From positions 55,763 to 119,762 of the forward strand of contig NIVC01003095.1 of assembly GCA_002269645.1 (NCBI GenBank): a DNA stretch of 64,000 nt. The letters are read 5' to 3'. The translations under genes and the position numbers were made by a program. Below the pieces are notes generated by a model. The model saw only the letters and a program-made list of their open reading frames with translations. It searched no databases and was not told the origin of the DNA. The stretch comes from Macrostomum lignano (taxonomy: Eukaryota). Positions 48,004 through 62,400 of the stretch are shown here, one piece after another; position 1 is the stretch's first letter; each line of letters starts with the position of its first letter.

Positions 48004-51000
48004 ATGGGCAACGACAAAAACAGCATCAAGGACAACACTAGCATTAACAAGGATACAAGTGCTTCTTCTGTTGCTGCCAATAGTAAGTTTTGTACATTTG
48101 TTGCAACTTGCAGGTGATAGGTGCTACTTTCAGGAATAGTTTCAAAGCAATCCTACCTTTATTATTAATATTCACACCTTAGGAAACCAGCTTTTACTAG
48201 CATTCTTGGCTGCCCATTTGGGCAACAGACAAACTAAAAAGTTCCTGCACTACACAATTTATTTACCAAACAATAAATCTCAATTGTTCACACTATAACT
48301 CACACTGAATAGTTCACAGGTAATTCTGTAAAAAAGTGTTTTTCAGATGTCTAAAAATGTGAATTTTTCAAACTCTTAACTGACGCAGCTCAAATCAATA
48401 GTTCACACTCAATAGTTTAGATTGAATAGTTTCGCCTGAATAGTTTTGACAGACAGAATAATTTCAACTGAATAGTTACAACTGAATAGTTTAGACTTAA
48501 TAATCTTGACTGAGTAGTTTTGACTGAATAGTGTGAACTCAATAGTTTCGACTGAGTAGTTTCGACTGAATAGTTTTGACAAAGGGAATAAATTCAATTG
48601 GAATCTGACCTTGTTTGACAGATCATTAAAATAATTATAGAAACTCTATTTTCGAATGTTTAACACCCTTAGAATTTGAGCAGATTTAAGAAATTTTGAC
48701 CACTGTATAATCAGTGCAAAATCTGCAATAGTTTAGAAAAAACGCTATCAAAATTGATCAAGAATGGCACGCTCTAGAGCGAAATAGATGGACAGACATA
48801 TATATATATATATATATATAGGTAGATTTATAAATTTCTTTTTTACTGTGACTTTAAACAGGTGCGAAAAAGTGCGGACGGCCGAAGAAGAAAAACTGGA
48901 GCCGCTCCAAGAATAATATTAAAGTTGCTGCTGTCGGTGATTTAACTGCTGGCGAAGAACAGATTCAAGAGCCAGATGTACAACCGGAAGCTGCTGCTGC
49001 CTCTTCTATTGCCGCTGCTGGGACTAAAGCTGGTGCTTCTGCTGATGCTGCTGCTAAAACTGAGTCTGTGATTAAGCTGGACGAGGCTGGTCTGGCTGCC
49101 CTGCTAGCTGAACATGATGCTGCTCTGGCCGACGCTCTGGCTGCTTCGGAATACCCCGTGGTCGAAGGTGATGCTGAAGTGCCCAATTCTGGTGCTGCTT
49201 ACAATGAGCAACTTATAGGCTACTTGAGTGCTGGTGAGAGTTTTATTTTTTATTGAATTTCTATGCATAGTACAAGTTAATTTTCTTTCTTACATCTGAC
49301 TTTGCTTGCGAATATTGAAAATTAGATTTTAGTGTTTACGACTTGTGCAAAATACAATTAATGCTCAATTCCTTAAAATTATCATACCTCACTGTTTAAG
49401 AGTTGTATTCTTTTACAGATGAAACAGGTGCTACTGCAATGGATTTTGCCGAAGGTCATGTAACTGCTGCTGTACAAGTCCAACCTGTATGGGTTCCTTT
49501 TTCTTCGTGTCGCGTTGAGAATGTACGAGGTGACGGCAACTGTTTTTTCACGGCCATATTGAGACAATTACAAGAACTGCCAGGTTTTTCCGCCTATCAA
49601 TCGCTAAGCGTAGAAGATTTTCGAGATGCGGTTGCTGCAGAATTCGAGCAATGGGTGCATCGCGATGTCAATAATCAGGAAAGAATTATGCAAACAGGAC
49701 TGAATTGGGAAAAAGTGCGCGACGATACAAGGCGTCCCCGTATGTACGTGCCATGCGGAGTTCCAGAACTAATTGGTGAACTGTTGCGGCTAGAAGTGTT
49801 TATTTATCAGTCAAACATGCTTAATCTAGCGCGGCCTGGCCATTATTCCCGACCGAATATTGGAGAACGTTTGGCTACTATTCGATTGTTGTTTAATCCT
49901 GGTAGTCAACACTACGAAATCGTTCGTGTCAATGATTTGGAAGTTAATGAAGCAAGCTCAGTTCGGCCGACTGGCCAAGGAGATTTGAGCGCCAAGAATG
50001 TGGAAATGCCCCCTCTCAACGAGAATGTTCATGTTGTCGAAGATCCTGTTGTAATGATGCCACCTCCAGCTCCACCAATGACGCCTTTTGAAAAGGTTGC
50101 AGACTGGACCCGAGTTCAAAGTAGGCATTGGAAGGGACGTTGTAGAAATCAAGCAAAGTCCTTGGAAAATAATACGAGTTTGTTTGCGCATCCGAATTCA
50201 TATGAAGTGCTTCGGGATCGGAACAACTCTGTCTGGAATTGGAATGTCGATCTTGACGCGGAGGATAGCGCAGAGTCAGTTGAAATTGAGCATGTGTCAG
50301 AGTCAGTTAAAAGTGATCGTGTGTCAGAGTCCGTGCCATCAAATGTTCCGCGGCGCAGTCGGCGTAAAAAGGATGTTGGGAAGGCAAGTTGCGCTACGCG
50401 TCGGAGTAGTCGACTGAGCGCTAAAGCAAACACATTAGAGTCTGTGTCTGTTGCAGCCTCTAGTGTATCTGGTCAGAGCTTATTGAGAAGAAGCAGTCGC
50501 ACTCGGAGAGCACCATGTTGCAGTTGCATCGGTTGTGGCGACTCAGTTTCGGCGGTTTCAAGCGTTTCTTGCCATTTGGAAAAAGGAAGAGGTCGAGAAA
50601 AGAAGAGCGACGTTGTACCAAGTGCTCCTACTCGTCGCAGCGAGCGTTTGAAAAACCAGCAGCAAGTGGTCAACTATGCAAATTCTTTACCACGGAAACA
50701 GAGATTGACAAACGCAGAAAATCATATCTGCGAACCCGTTCGATCGTCGCCTAGGAAGACGGCACCTTTGCAGCAGGAGCAGCAAGATAAACGTCAGTCT
50801 GATAATATTCCAGCTACTTCTACGTATTCATCACCACGAAAGACACGTGCTACTCAGGAGAAGCCTGATGAAGCGATCCGTTCGTCACCCAGAAAGCGGC
50901 CTACAATGGAGCAGCAGCCAGCTAAAGAAAATGTTCCGCAGAGCAGCACTTCAGAAGAGAGCGCTCAAGATGCTCCAATTGTTGAAGATGAAATCGGAGA

Positions 51001-51521
51001 TCCTAATCTGCCAAAGTGCCTTCGCAATCCGTTCACAGACCAGTTCAAAAAGATGAGGCAAGACTTTTTCAATGAAAACATAACAAAAGTATCACATTTG
51101 AAACAGTGCTACGTGTGTAGGGAAAAGTTTCCTGGAAAATATTTTAGCATCGATTCTGAAGACATGTGCGATCGTTGTTTCAGAGATGACAATGAGCCGA
51201 AATCGTTTAGCCAAGAAAACAATGCGATTCCGATGTTGGAGCAGCCAGAAGATTTGCAAGATTTGAGTGTAGCAGAGCAAATGTTGATTTCGCCAGTTTT
51301 GTCGGTTATTGTTGTGGTACAAATTTTTCCCCAAAAGCAAACAAAATCGAGAGGACACGGAATCATGTTGCCTCAAGATCAGTCGCACGTTTTGCGAGAG
51401 CTGCCAAGACGATCTCTGCCAGTTGTTTTAATGTACGACGAAAGAGCCCGTGTTCAGCCTGGAGAAGCGCAAAGCGGCACAATGAACAATTTGCGAGTTC
51501 GACGCGACAAAGTGACTAATG

Positions 51522-51554
<33 letters not shown>

Positions 51555-51568
51555 AAGTTGAAAGTTGA
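48004..51568 (+). CDS. Truncated Helentron gene copy 2: join(48004..48082,48862..49233,49419..51568), ~866 aa
   Basis: Same exons as copy 1. It extends through CYVC..CDRC and the DUF6570-like region and is cut at 51522 by (TATC)8 plus inverted T. Confidence 0.7.
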
Positions 51569-54500
51569 TAAAAATGCGCATTTTTTGACACTTAAAAAAC
51601 ACACTTTTACAGAATTACCTATCAAGGTAAGCATTTAGCGGAAAATAACCAATCAGTGTCTTGAAGGTCTGAAAATTCGCCAAAAGTTGGGTTCAATCAA
51701 TTTTTGACTCCATATTGTGAATCCTTATTTTTTGAGATTCAAGATTTGGACGGGTCTAAAAAAAGTCACTTTTTTGTTGCCATGGCAACCAAGACGCGTT
51801 GCTATGGAACTTTCACGTCACACATCTTGTAGCCCTAAATGTTTTACGTCCATAGAGGGGTCACACATGGTTTCATCTCAAGTGGTTTTAACTCTGCATC
51901 AATTTTATTTTCTAAAACGTTGATTTTACGTTGGGGGAGTCTCCGGGACATCTTATCTCGGTCTCGTTTGTCCGAAAAAATTGCCAACGAGGAGCTACAA
52001 TTCTAACAATGGCACCTGGGACTCTTACATGACGCACGACTTTAACCAAGATACTCACTTTAACTGTACATTCGCACCTGTTAATTACATTCGAATATTC
52101 GACGGGTAGGTATTCGAACCGAAATAAAGGAAATTCAACCTTGTTGCGAGACTCTAAAAAGTACATGAATGCGGTCATTTAGGTAAGATCTACATGTTTA
52201 TAATACATTTTGAGCCGTTTCGTTGCACTGACTCTGAGCCATACACTGCTAAAGTCGATAAACGTGATTTAGGCTATTTTTATGTATTTTTCATGATACA
52301 AATGTACAAAAAATAAGAAACGACGACATGCTAGGAAAATCAGACTTTTTAGGCAAGGTGCACAACTAAATTGCGCACAATATGTATATTTTGAAATTTC
52401 GTCTTAGTTTATTGAAGTCGCTGCCGGTACAGAAATGTACTTTAACGACGGTACGGGGGGCTTGCATATCGAACATACTTTTTAGCCTGTAACTTTTGAG
52501 CGGATTACCGGAGCGCGACGCGCTTGGTGTCATTGAACTACATTTTAGATGTACTTTAATTTGAATGTATGTTCGCTGTCATTGCACGATGCGTTGTACA
52601 CCTCAGGTCAGGTCACGTGACTTGCTGGAAATGAAATAATGACTTTGTACCTATACTAAGGATAGGTGAAGCGTAAGAATGAACCAAAATTTGTACTTAT
52701 TAGAAACACCTAGATGACTACTGTCAGAAAAAATGATATTCACGTCTGTCAGTTGCAAAATTTTGTTATAATTGACTTTTAAAATCGAAAAACGTGATTT
52801 TGTGCAAAAACAACCTATATGAGCACACATAGGGTGAAAAATTTATTGATTTTCGCTATGAGGTTCTTAGCTTCCAAGAGCACTATTGTGCCCAGTAAAC
52901 ACGTACAGATGACTGCTATCTTCGTTAGTGTGCGAAAATTCGTATTTTTACGCTAATAACATTTACCGAATTACGAGGTTCCGGTGTTATGCGTTTTTTT
53001 GCTATATTTCACGCTGCCATTTATTAACGATGCTACGCCAGGCCTTCAGTGTGGTGTCAATAGTTAGCATTTAAAAAGTGCTTTAATTTGAGTGTATGTT
53101 CGCTGGCATTGCACGATGCGTTGTACACCTCAGGCCAGGTCACGTGACTTGCTGGAAATGAAATAATGACTTTGTACCTATACTAAGGATAGGTGAAGCA
53201 TAAGAATGACCCATATTAGTACTTATTAGAAACATCTAGATGAATACTCTCAGAAAAAGTGACATTCACGTCTGTCAGTTGCAAAAAAAATTTTTAATTG
53301 ACTCTCAAAATCGAAAAACGTGATTTTGTGCAAAAACAACCCATTTGAGCACTACATAGGGCGGAAAATATATTAATTTTCGCTATGAGGTTCTTAGCTT
53401 CCAAGAGCACTATTGTGCCCAGTAAACACGTACAGATGACTGCCATCTTCGTTAGTGTGCGAAAATTCGTATTTTGACGCTATTAACATTTTACCGAATT
53501 ACGAGGTTCCGGTACTATGCGTTTTTTTGCTATATTTCACGCTGCCATTTATTAACTATCCTACGCCAGGCCTTCAGTGTAGTGTCAATAAATAGCATTT
53601 AGCAAGTGCTTTAAGATGACATCATGCGCATTGCGTTGCGTAAAAGTGTGGGTCCACAGTTTCGTAACAAGTTAAAATGACCTGATTTCGCAAAAATCTT
53701 TAAAACAAAAAATACCAAATAGGTAACTAAAAAGCCTTTTGAAACTGAATAAAAAATGCACATAAAAGTGCTATTTTGTAACGTAAAAAGTCTTGCGTCC
53801 TGCAAAAATCTTCTATGGTGACTTTTTGGAGCCGTGAAGTGTAAAAACGTGCGCATTTTTAAAGCTGTTGAACTTACTTTTTGAGGTATATTTTGAAAAT
53901 AGGCATTTTATAAATTGTATAACAAAATTTAATTGAAGAAAGCAATAAGGTAAAATAGAATTCGAAATTATTTAATTTTGAAATAATTAAACTGTACATT
54001 TCAGTCGTTCTGTTCCTTATAATTTCTACAAAAATTTAAATTTAAATCGGTTATGTTAACAGTAGTTTATTGCTGTAGGACAAATTTGACCCCAAATTTT
54101 CAAAGCAACTTATCTAAGCAAACGCTATCTAAATCTGAAATATTTTCAAGCTTCAATCTGTAGCTATAATATTCGGTTTTGTTACGCTATTTATTCGTAT
54201 CCTACTACATTATATATAATTATTGTACAATATATTATATTCTACAAGTACAAGTTTTAATTGTAATATATTCAATTGTTATCAGTTTTACACTGTAAGT
54301 GTAAGCTTCAAATTTTATTTGAAATATAACTGAAGTATAGTACTTTAATATTATTTTATAGCTAATTAATTGTATTCTGCCAAATATTTACGTTTTTTTT
54401 CTCTGCTTTGCTTTTTGCTCCATATTTTTATAAATTATAGTCATATTTACATATATCTTTTAAAAGTACTCATCCTTTCACATTTTATTTTGTAGTTATC

Positions 54501-55107
54501 AGTCAAATTTAACTTGAATTTTCCTTTTGTTTGCATAATTTTGACTTAAGACTTTAGTTTTGAAGTAAGTATTCTTTTTATTTCTTCATATGTTTAGCAT
54601 AGTACAAATATCTGTAGTACTCTGCTTAATGGTAGAAGTTTGTGGACACTTTTTATAAATTCTGCTCAATTTATTATAAATTTAGCATTTTTGCTAGACA
54701 ATATATACATGCCAATGCTCCTTATATCAAGCAATGCTTGAAAGTGCTAGACACTTAGTTTATGGTGAATTTTTACCAAGGGATGTTTTTTTGCTGATAT
54801 AGAATTCCTAGAAGCATGTACAAAAACATGGAATATGCCTGAAAAAACTCTAGAAAATATGCACTAAATCCAAGAAAAAATGTTGAAAGCACAAAAACTA
54901 CATGGCACACACCGCCTATATGCCAGTATATTATGCTGCAGCATATTAATCCACAATCCAGTAGCAGTGCTAGTGTTCGTAGTTTAACTAAATTTGCCAC
55001 CAGAAAAGAGTTGAGTTAACTTGGTAAAGAGTAGCATGTTTTCTGTGTTTAGCTAATTAGTTTCTTTATCATTCTGAAATATTTACTAACATGTTTATTT
55101 AGACAGG

Positions 55108-57952
55108 ATGGGCAACGACAAAAACAGCATCAAGGACAACACTAGCATTAACAAGGATACAAGTGCTTCTTCTGTTGCTGCCAATAGTAAGTTTTGTACA
55201 TTTGTTGCAACTTGCAGGTGATAGGTGCTACTTTCAGGAATAGTTTCAAAGCAATCCTACCTTTATTATTAATATTCACACCTTAGGAAACCAGCTTTTA
55301 CTAGCATTCTTGGCTGCCCATTTGGGCAACAGACAAACTAAAAAGTTCCTGCACTACACAATTTATTTACCAAACAATAAATCTCAATTGTTCACACTAT
55401 AACTCACACTGAATAGTTCACAGGTAATTCTGTAAAAAAGTGTTTTTCAGATGTCTAAAAATGTGAATTTTTCAAACTCTTAACTGACGCAGCTCAAATC
55501 AATAGTTCACACTCAATAGTTTAGATTGAATAGTTTCGCCTGAATAGTTTTGACAGACAGAATAATTTCAACTGAATAGTTACAACTGAATAGTTTAGAC
55601 TTAATAATCTTGACTGAGTAGTTTTGACTGAATAGTGTGAACTCAATAGTTTCGACTGAGTAGTTTCGACTGAATAGTTTTGACAAAGGGAATAAATTCA
55701 ATTGGAATCTGACCTTGTTTGACAGATCATTAAAATAATTATAGAAACTCTATTTTCGAATGTTTAACACCCTTAGAATTTGAGCAGATTTAAGAAATTT
55801 TGACCACTGTATAATCAGTGCAAAATCTGCAATAGTTTAGAAAAAACGCTATCAAAATTGATCAAGAATGGCACGCTCTAGAGCGAAATAGATGGACAGA
55901 CATATATATATATATATATATATAGGTAGATTTATAAATTTCTTTTTTACTGTGACTTTAAACAGGTGCGAAAAAGTGCGGACGGCCGAAGAAGAAAAAC
56001 TGGAGCCGCTCCAAGAATAATATTAAAGTTGCTGCTGTCGGTGATTTAACTGCTGGCGAAGAACAGATTCAAGAGCCAGATGTACAACCGGAAGCTGCTG
56101 CTGCCTCTTCTATTGCCGCTGCTGGGACTAAAGCTGGTGCTTCTGCTGATGCTGCTGCTAAAACTGAGTCTGTGATTAAGCTGGACGAGGCTGGTCTGGC
56201 TGCCCTGCTAGCTGAACATGATGCTGCTCTGGCCGACGCTCTGGCTGCTTCGGAATACCCCGTGGTCGAAGGTGATGCTGAAGTGCCCAATTCTGGTGCT
56301 GCTTACAATGAGCAACTTATAGGCTACTTGAGTGCTGGTGAGAGTTTTATTTTTTATTGAATTTCTATGCATAGTACAAGTTAATTTTCTTTCTTACATC
56401 TGACTTTGCTTGCGAATATTGAAAATTAGATTTTAGTGTTTACGACTTGTGCAAAATACAATTAATGCTCAATTCCTTAAAATTATCATACCTCACTGTT
56501 TAAGAGTTGTATTCTTTTACAGATGAAACAGGTGCTACTGCAATGGATTTTGCCGAAGGTCATGTAACTGCTGCTGTACAAGTCCAACCTGTATGGGTTC
56601 CTTTTTCTTCGTGTCGCGTTGAGAATGTACGAGGTGACGGCAACTGTTTTTTCACGGCCATATTGAGACAATTACAAGAACTGCCAGGTTTTTCCGCCTA
56701 TCAATCGCTAAGCGTAGAAGATTTTCGAGATGCGGTTGCTGCAGAATTCGAGCAATGGGTGCATCGCGATGTCAATAATCAGGAAAGAATTATGCAAACA
56801 GGACTGAATTGGGAAAAAGTGCGCGACGATACAAGGCGTCCCCGTATGTACGTGCCATGCGGAGTTCCAGAACTAATTGGTGAACTGTTGCGGCTAGAAG
56901 TGTTTATTTATCAGTCAAACATGCTTAATCTAGCGCGGCCTGGCCATTATTCCCGACCGAATATTGGAGAACGTTTGGCTACTATTCGATTGTTGTTTAA
57001 TCCTGGTAGTCAACACTACGAAATCGTTCGTGTCAATGATTTGGAAGTTAATGAAGCAAGCTCAGTTCGGCCGACTGGCCAAGGAGATTTGAGCGCCAAG
57101 AATGTGGAAATGCCCCCTCTCAACGAGAATGTTCATGTTGTCGAAGATCCTGTTGTAATGATGCCACCTCCAGCTCCACCAATGACGCCTTTTGAAAAGG
57201 TTGCAGACTGGACCCGAGTTCAAAGTAGGCATTGGAAGGGACGTTGTAGAAATCAAGCAAAGTCCTTGGAAAATAATACGAGTTTGTTTGCGCATCCGAA
57301 TTCATATGAAGTGCTTCGGGATCGGAACAACTCTGTCTGGAATTGGAATGTCGATCTTGACGCGGAGGATAGCGCAGAGTCAGTTGAAATTGAGCATGTG
57401 TCAGAGTCAGTTAAAAGTGATCGTGTGTCAGAGTCCGTGCCATCAAATGTTCCGCGGCGCAGTCGGCGTAAAAAGGATGTTGGGAAGGCAAGTTGCGCTA
57501 CGCGTCGGAGTAGTCGACTGAGCGCTAAAGCAAACACATTAGAGTCTGTGTCTGTTGCAGCCTCTAGTGTATCTGGTCAGAGCTTATTGAGAAGAAGCAG
57601 TCGCACTCGGAGAGCACCATGTTGCAGTTGCATCGGTTGTGGCGACTCAGTTTCGGCGGTTTCAAGCGTTTCTTGCCATTTGGAAAAAGGAAGAGGTCGA
57701 GAAAAGAAGAGCGACGTTGTACCAAGTGCTCCTACTCGTCGCAGCGAGCGTTTGAAAAACCAGCAGCAAGTGGTCAACTATGCAAATTCTTTACCACGGA
57801 AACAGAGATTGACAAACGCAGAAAATCATATCTGCGAACCCGTTCGATCGTCGCCTAGGAAGACGGCACCTTTGCAGCATGGCAACCAAGACGCGTTGCT
57901 ATGGAACTTTCACGTCACACATCTTGTAGCCCTAAATGTTTTACGTCCATAG
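55108..57952 (+). CDS. Truncated Helentron gene copy 3 (duplicate of copy 1): join(55108..55186,55966..56337,56523..57952)
   Basis: The 481-aa ORF and the junction are identical to copy 1 at offset 11471. Confidence 0.7.
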
Positions 57953-59474
57953 AGGGGTCACACATGGTTTCATCTCAAGTGGTTTTAACTCTGCATCAAT
58001 TTTATTTTCTAAAACGTTGATTTTACGTTGGGGGAGTCTCCGGGACATCTTATCTCGGTCTCGTTTGTAGCCCTAAGTTGTAGTAGTTGTTGTAGTAGTT
58101 GCCCTAAGGGCTACAACAAAAAAGTGACTTTTTTTAGACCCGTCCAAATCTTGAATCTCAAAAAATAAGGATTCACAATATGGAGTCAAAAATTGATTGA
58201 ACCCAACTTTTGGCGAATTTTCAGACCTTCAAGACACTGATTGGTTATTTTCCGCTAAATGCTTACCTTGATAGGTAATTCTGTAAAAGTGTGTTTTTTA
58301 AGTGTCAAAAAATGCGCATTTTTATCAACTTTCAACTGACGCAGCTCAAAGGTCGCGCGTCAACATTTCAGTCGTTCTGTTCCTTATAATTTCTACAAAA
58401 ATTTAAATTTAAATCGGTTATGTTAACAGTAGTTTATTGCTGTAGGACAAATTTGACCCCAAATTTTCAAAGCAACTTATCTAAGCAAACGCTATCTAAA
58501 TCTGAAATATTTTCAAGCTTCAATCTGTAGCTATAATATTCGGTTTTGTTACGCTATTTATTCGTATCCTACTACATTATATATAATTATTGTACAATAT
58601 ATTATATTCTACAAGTACAAGTTTTAATTGTAATATATTCAATTGTTATCAGTTTTACACTGTAAGTGTAAGCTTCAAATTTTATTTGAAATATAACTGA
58701 AGTATAGTACTTTAATATTATTTTATAGCTAATTAATTGTATTCTGCCAAATATTTACGTTTTTTTTCTCTGCTTTGCTTTTTGCTCCATATTTTTATAA
58801 ATTATAGTCATATTTACATATATCTTTTAAAAGTACTCATCCTTTCACATTTTATTTTGTAGTTATCAGTCAAATTTAACTTGAATTTTCCTTTTGTTTG
58901 CATAATTTTGACTTAAGACTTTAGTTTTGAAGTAAGTATTCTTTTTATTTCTTCATATGTTTAGCATAGTACAAATATCTGTAGTACTCTGCTTAATGGT
59001 AGAAGTTTGTGGACACTTTTTATAAATTCTGCTCAATTTATTATAAATTTAGCATTTTTGCTAGACAATATATACATGCCAATGCTCCTTATATCAAGCA
59101 ATGCTTGAAAGTGCTAGACACTTAGTTTATGGTGAATTTTTACCAAGGGATGTTTTTTTGCTGATATAGAATTCCTAGAAGCATGTACAAAAACATGGAA
59201 TATGCCTGAAAAAACTCTAGAAAATATGCACTAAATCCAAGAAAAAATGTTGAAAGCACAAAAACTACATGGCACACACCGCCTATATGCCAGTATATTA
59301 TGCTGCAGCATATTAATCCACAATCCAGTAGCAGTGCTAGTGTTCGTAGTTTAACTAAATTTGCCACCAGAAAAGAGTTGAGTTAACTTGGTAAAGAGTA
59401 GCATGTTTTCTGTGTTTAGCTAATTAGTTTCTTTATCATTCTGAAATATTTACTAACATGTTTATTTAGACAGG

Positions 59475-62400
59475 ATGGGCAACGACAAAAACAGCATCAA
59501 GGACAACACTAGCATTAACAAGGATACAAGTGCTTCTTCTGTTGCTGCCAATAGTAAGTTTTGTACATTTGTTGCAACTTGCAGGTGATAGGTGCTACTT
59601 TCAGGAATAGTTTCAAAGCAATCCTACCTTTATTATTAATATTCACACCTTAGGAAACCAGCTTTTACTAGCATTCTTGGCTGCCCATTTGGGCAACAGA
59701 CAAACTAAAAAGTTCCTGCACTACACAATTTATTTACCAAACAATAAATCTCAATTGTTCACACTATAACTCACACTGAATAGTTCACAGGTAATTCTGT
59801 AAAAAAGTGTTTTTCAGATGTCTAAAAATGTGAATTTTTCAAACTCTTAACTGACGCAGCTCAAATCAATAGTTCACACTCAATAGTTTAGATTGAATAG
59901 TTTCGCCTGAATAGTTTTGACAGACAGAATAATTTCAACTGAATAGTTACAACTGAATAGTTTAGACTTAATAATCTTGACTGAGTAGTTTTGACTGAAT
60001 AGTGTGAACTCAATAGTTTCGACTGAGTAGTTTCGACTGAATAGTTTTGACAAAGGGAATAAATTCAATTGGAATCTGACCTTGTTTGACAGATCATTAA
60101 AATAATTATAGAAACTCTATTTTCGAATGTTTAACACCCTTAGAATTTGAGCAGATTTAAGAAATTTTGACCACTGTATAATCAGTGCAAAATCTGCAAT
60201 AGTTTAGAAAAAACGCTATCAAAATTGATCAAGAATGGCACGCTCTAGAGCGAAATAGATGGACAGACATATATATATATATATATATATATAGGTAGAT
60301 TTATAAATTTCTTTTTTACTGTGACTTTAAACAGGTGCGAAAAAGTGCGGACGGCCGAAGAAGAAAAACTGGAGCCGCTCCAAGAATAATATTAAAGTTG
60401 CTGCTGTCGGTGATTTAACTGCTGGCGAAGAACAGATTCAAGAGCCAGATGTACAACCGGAAGCTGCTGCTGCCTCTTCTATTGCCGCTGCTGGGACTAA
60501 AGCTGGTGCTTCTGCTGATGCTGCTGCTAAAACTGAGTCTGTGATTAAGCTGGACGAGGCTGGTCTGGCTGCCCTGCTAGCTGAACATGATGCTGCTCTG
60601 GCCGACGCTCTGGCTGCTTCGGAATACCCCGTGGTCGAAGGTGATGCTGAAGTGCCCAATTCTGGTGCTGCTTACAATGAGCAACTTATAGGCTACTTGA
60701 GTGCTGGTGAGAGTTTTATTTTTTATTGAATTTCTATGCATAGTACAAGTTAATTTTCTTTCTTACATCTGACTTTGCTTGCGAATATTGAAAATTAGAT
60801 TTTAGTGTTTACGACTTGTGCAAAATACAATTAATGCTCAATTCCTTAAAATTATCATACCTCACTGTTTAAGAGTTGTATTCTTTTACAGATGAAACAG
60901 GTGCTACTGCAATGGATTTTGCCGAAGGTCATGTAACTGCTGCTGTACAAGTCCAACCTGTATGGGTTCCTTTTTCTTCGTGTCGCGTTGAGAATGTACG
61001 AGGTGACGGCAACTGTTTTTTCACGGCCATATTGAGACAATTACAAGAACTGCCAGGTTTTTCCGCCTATCAATCGCTAAGCGTAGAAGATTTTCGAGAT
61101 GCGGTTGCTGCAGAATTCGAGCAATGGGTGCATCGCGATGTCAATAATCAGGAAAGAATTATGCAAACAGGACTGAATTGGGAAAAAGTGCGCGACGATA
61201 CAAGGCGTCCCCGTATGTACGTGCCATGCGGAGTTCCAGAACTAATTGGTGAACTGTTGCGGCTAGAAGTGTTTATTTATCAGTCAAACATGCTTAATCT
61301 AGCGCGGCCTGGCCATTATTCCCGACCGAATATTGGAGAACGTTTGGCTACTATTCGATTGTTGTTTAATCCTGGTAGTCAACACTACGAAATCGTTCGT
61401 GTCAATGATTTGGAAGTTAATGAAGCAAGCTCAGTTCGGCCGACTGGCCAAGGAGATTTGAGCGCCAAGAATGTGGAAATGCCCCCTCTCAACGAGAATG
61501 TTCATGTTGTCGAAGATCCTGTTGTAATGATGCCACCTCCAGCTCCACCAATGACGCCTTTTGAAAAGGTTGCAGACTGGACCCGAGTTCAAAGTAGGCA
61601 TTGGAAGGGACGTTGTAGAAATCAAGCAAAGTCCTTGGAAAATAATACGAGTTTGTTTGCGCATCCGAATTCATATGAAGTGCTTCGGGATCGGAACAAC
61701 TCTGTCTGGAATTGGAATGTCGATCTTGACGCGGAGGATAGCGCAGAGTCAGTTGAAATTGAGCATGTGTCAGAGTCAGTTAAAAGTGATCGTGTGTCAG
61801 AGTCCGTGCCATCAAATGTTCCGCGGCGCAGTCGGCGTAAAAAGGATGTTGGGAAGGCAAGTTGCGCTACGCGTCGGAGTAGTCGACTGAGCGCTAAAGC
61901 AAACACATTAGAGTCTGTGTCTGTTGCAGCCTCTAGTGTATCTGGTCAGAGCTTATTGAGAAGAAGCAGTCGCACTCGGAGAGCACCATGTTGCAGTTGC
62001 ATCGGTTGTGGCGACTCAGTTTCGGCGGTTTCAAGCGTTTCTTGCCATTTGGAAAAAGGAAGAGGTCGAGAAAAGAAGAGCGACGTTGTACCAAGTGCTC
62101 CTACTCGTCGCAGCGAGCGTTTGAAAAACCAGCAGCAAGTGGTCAACTATGCAAATTCTTTACCACGGAAACAGAGATTGACAAACGCAGAAAATCATAT
62201 CTGCGAACCCGTTCGATCGTCGCCTAGGAAGACGGCACCTTTGCAGCAGGAGCAGCAAGATAAACGTCAGTCTGATAATATTCCAGCTACTTCTACGTAT
62301 TCATCACCACGAAAGACACGTGCTACTCAGGAGAAGCCTGATGAAGCGATCCGTTCGTCACCCAGAAAGCGGCCTACAATGGAGCAGCAGCCAGCTAAAG

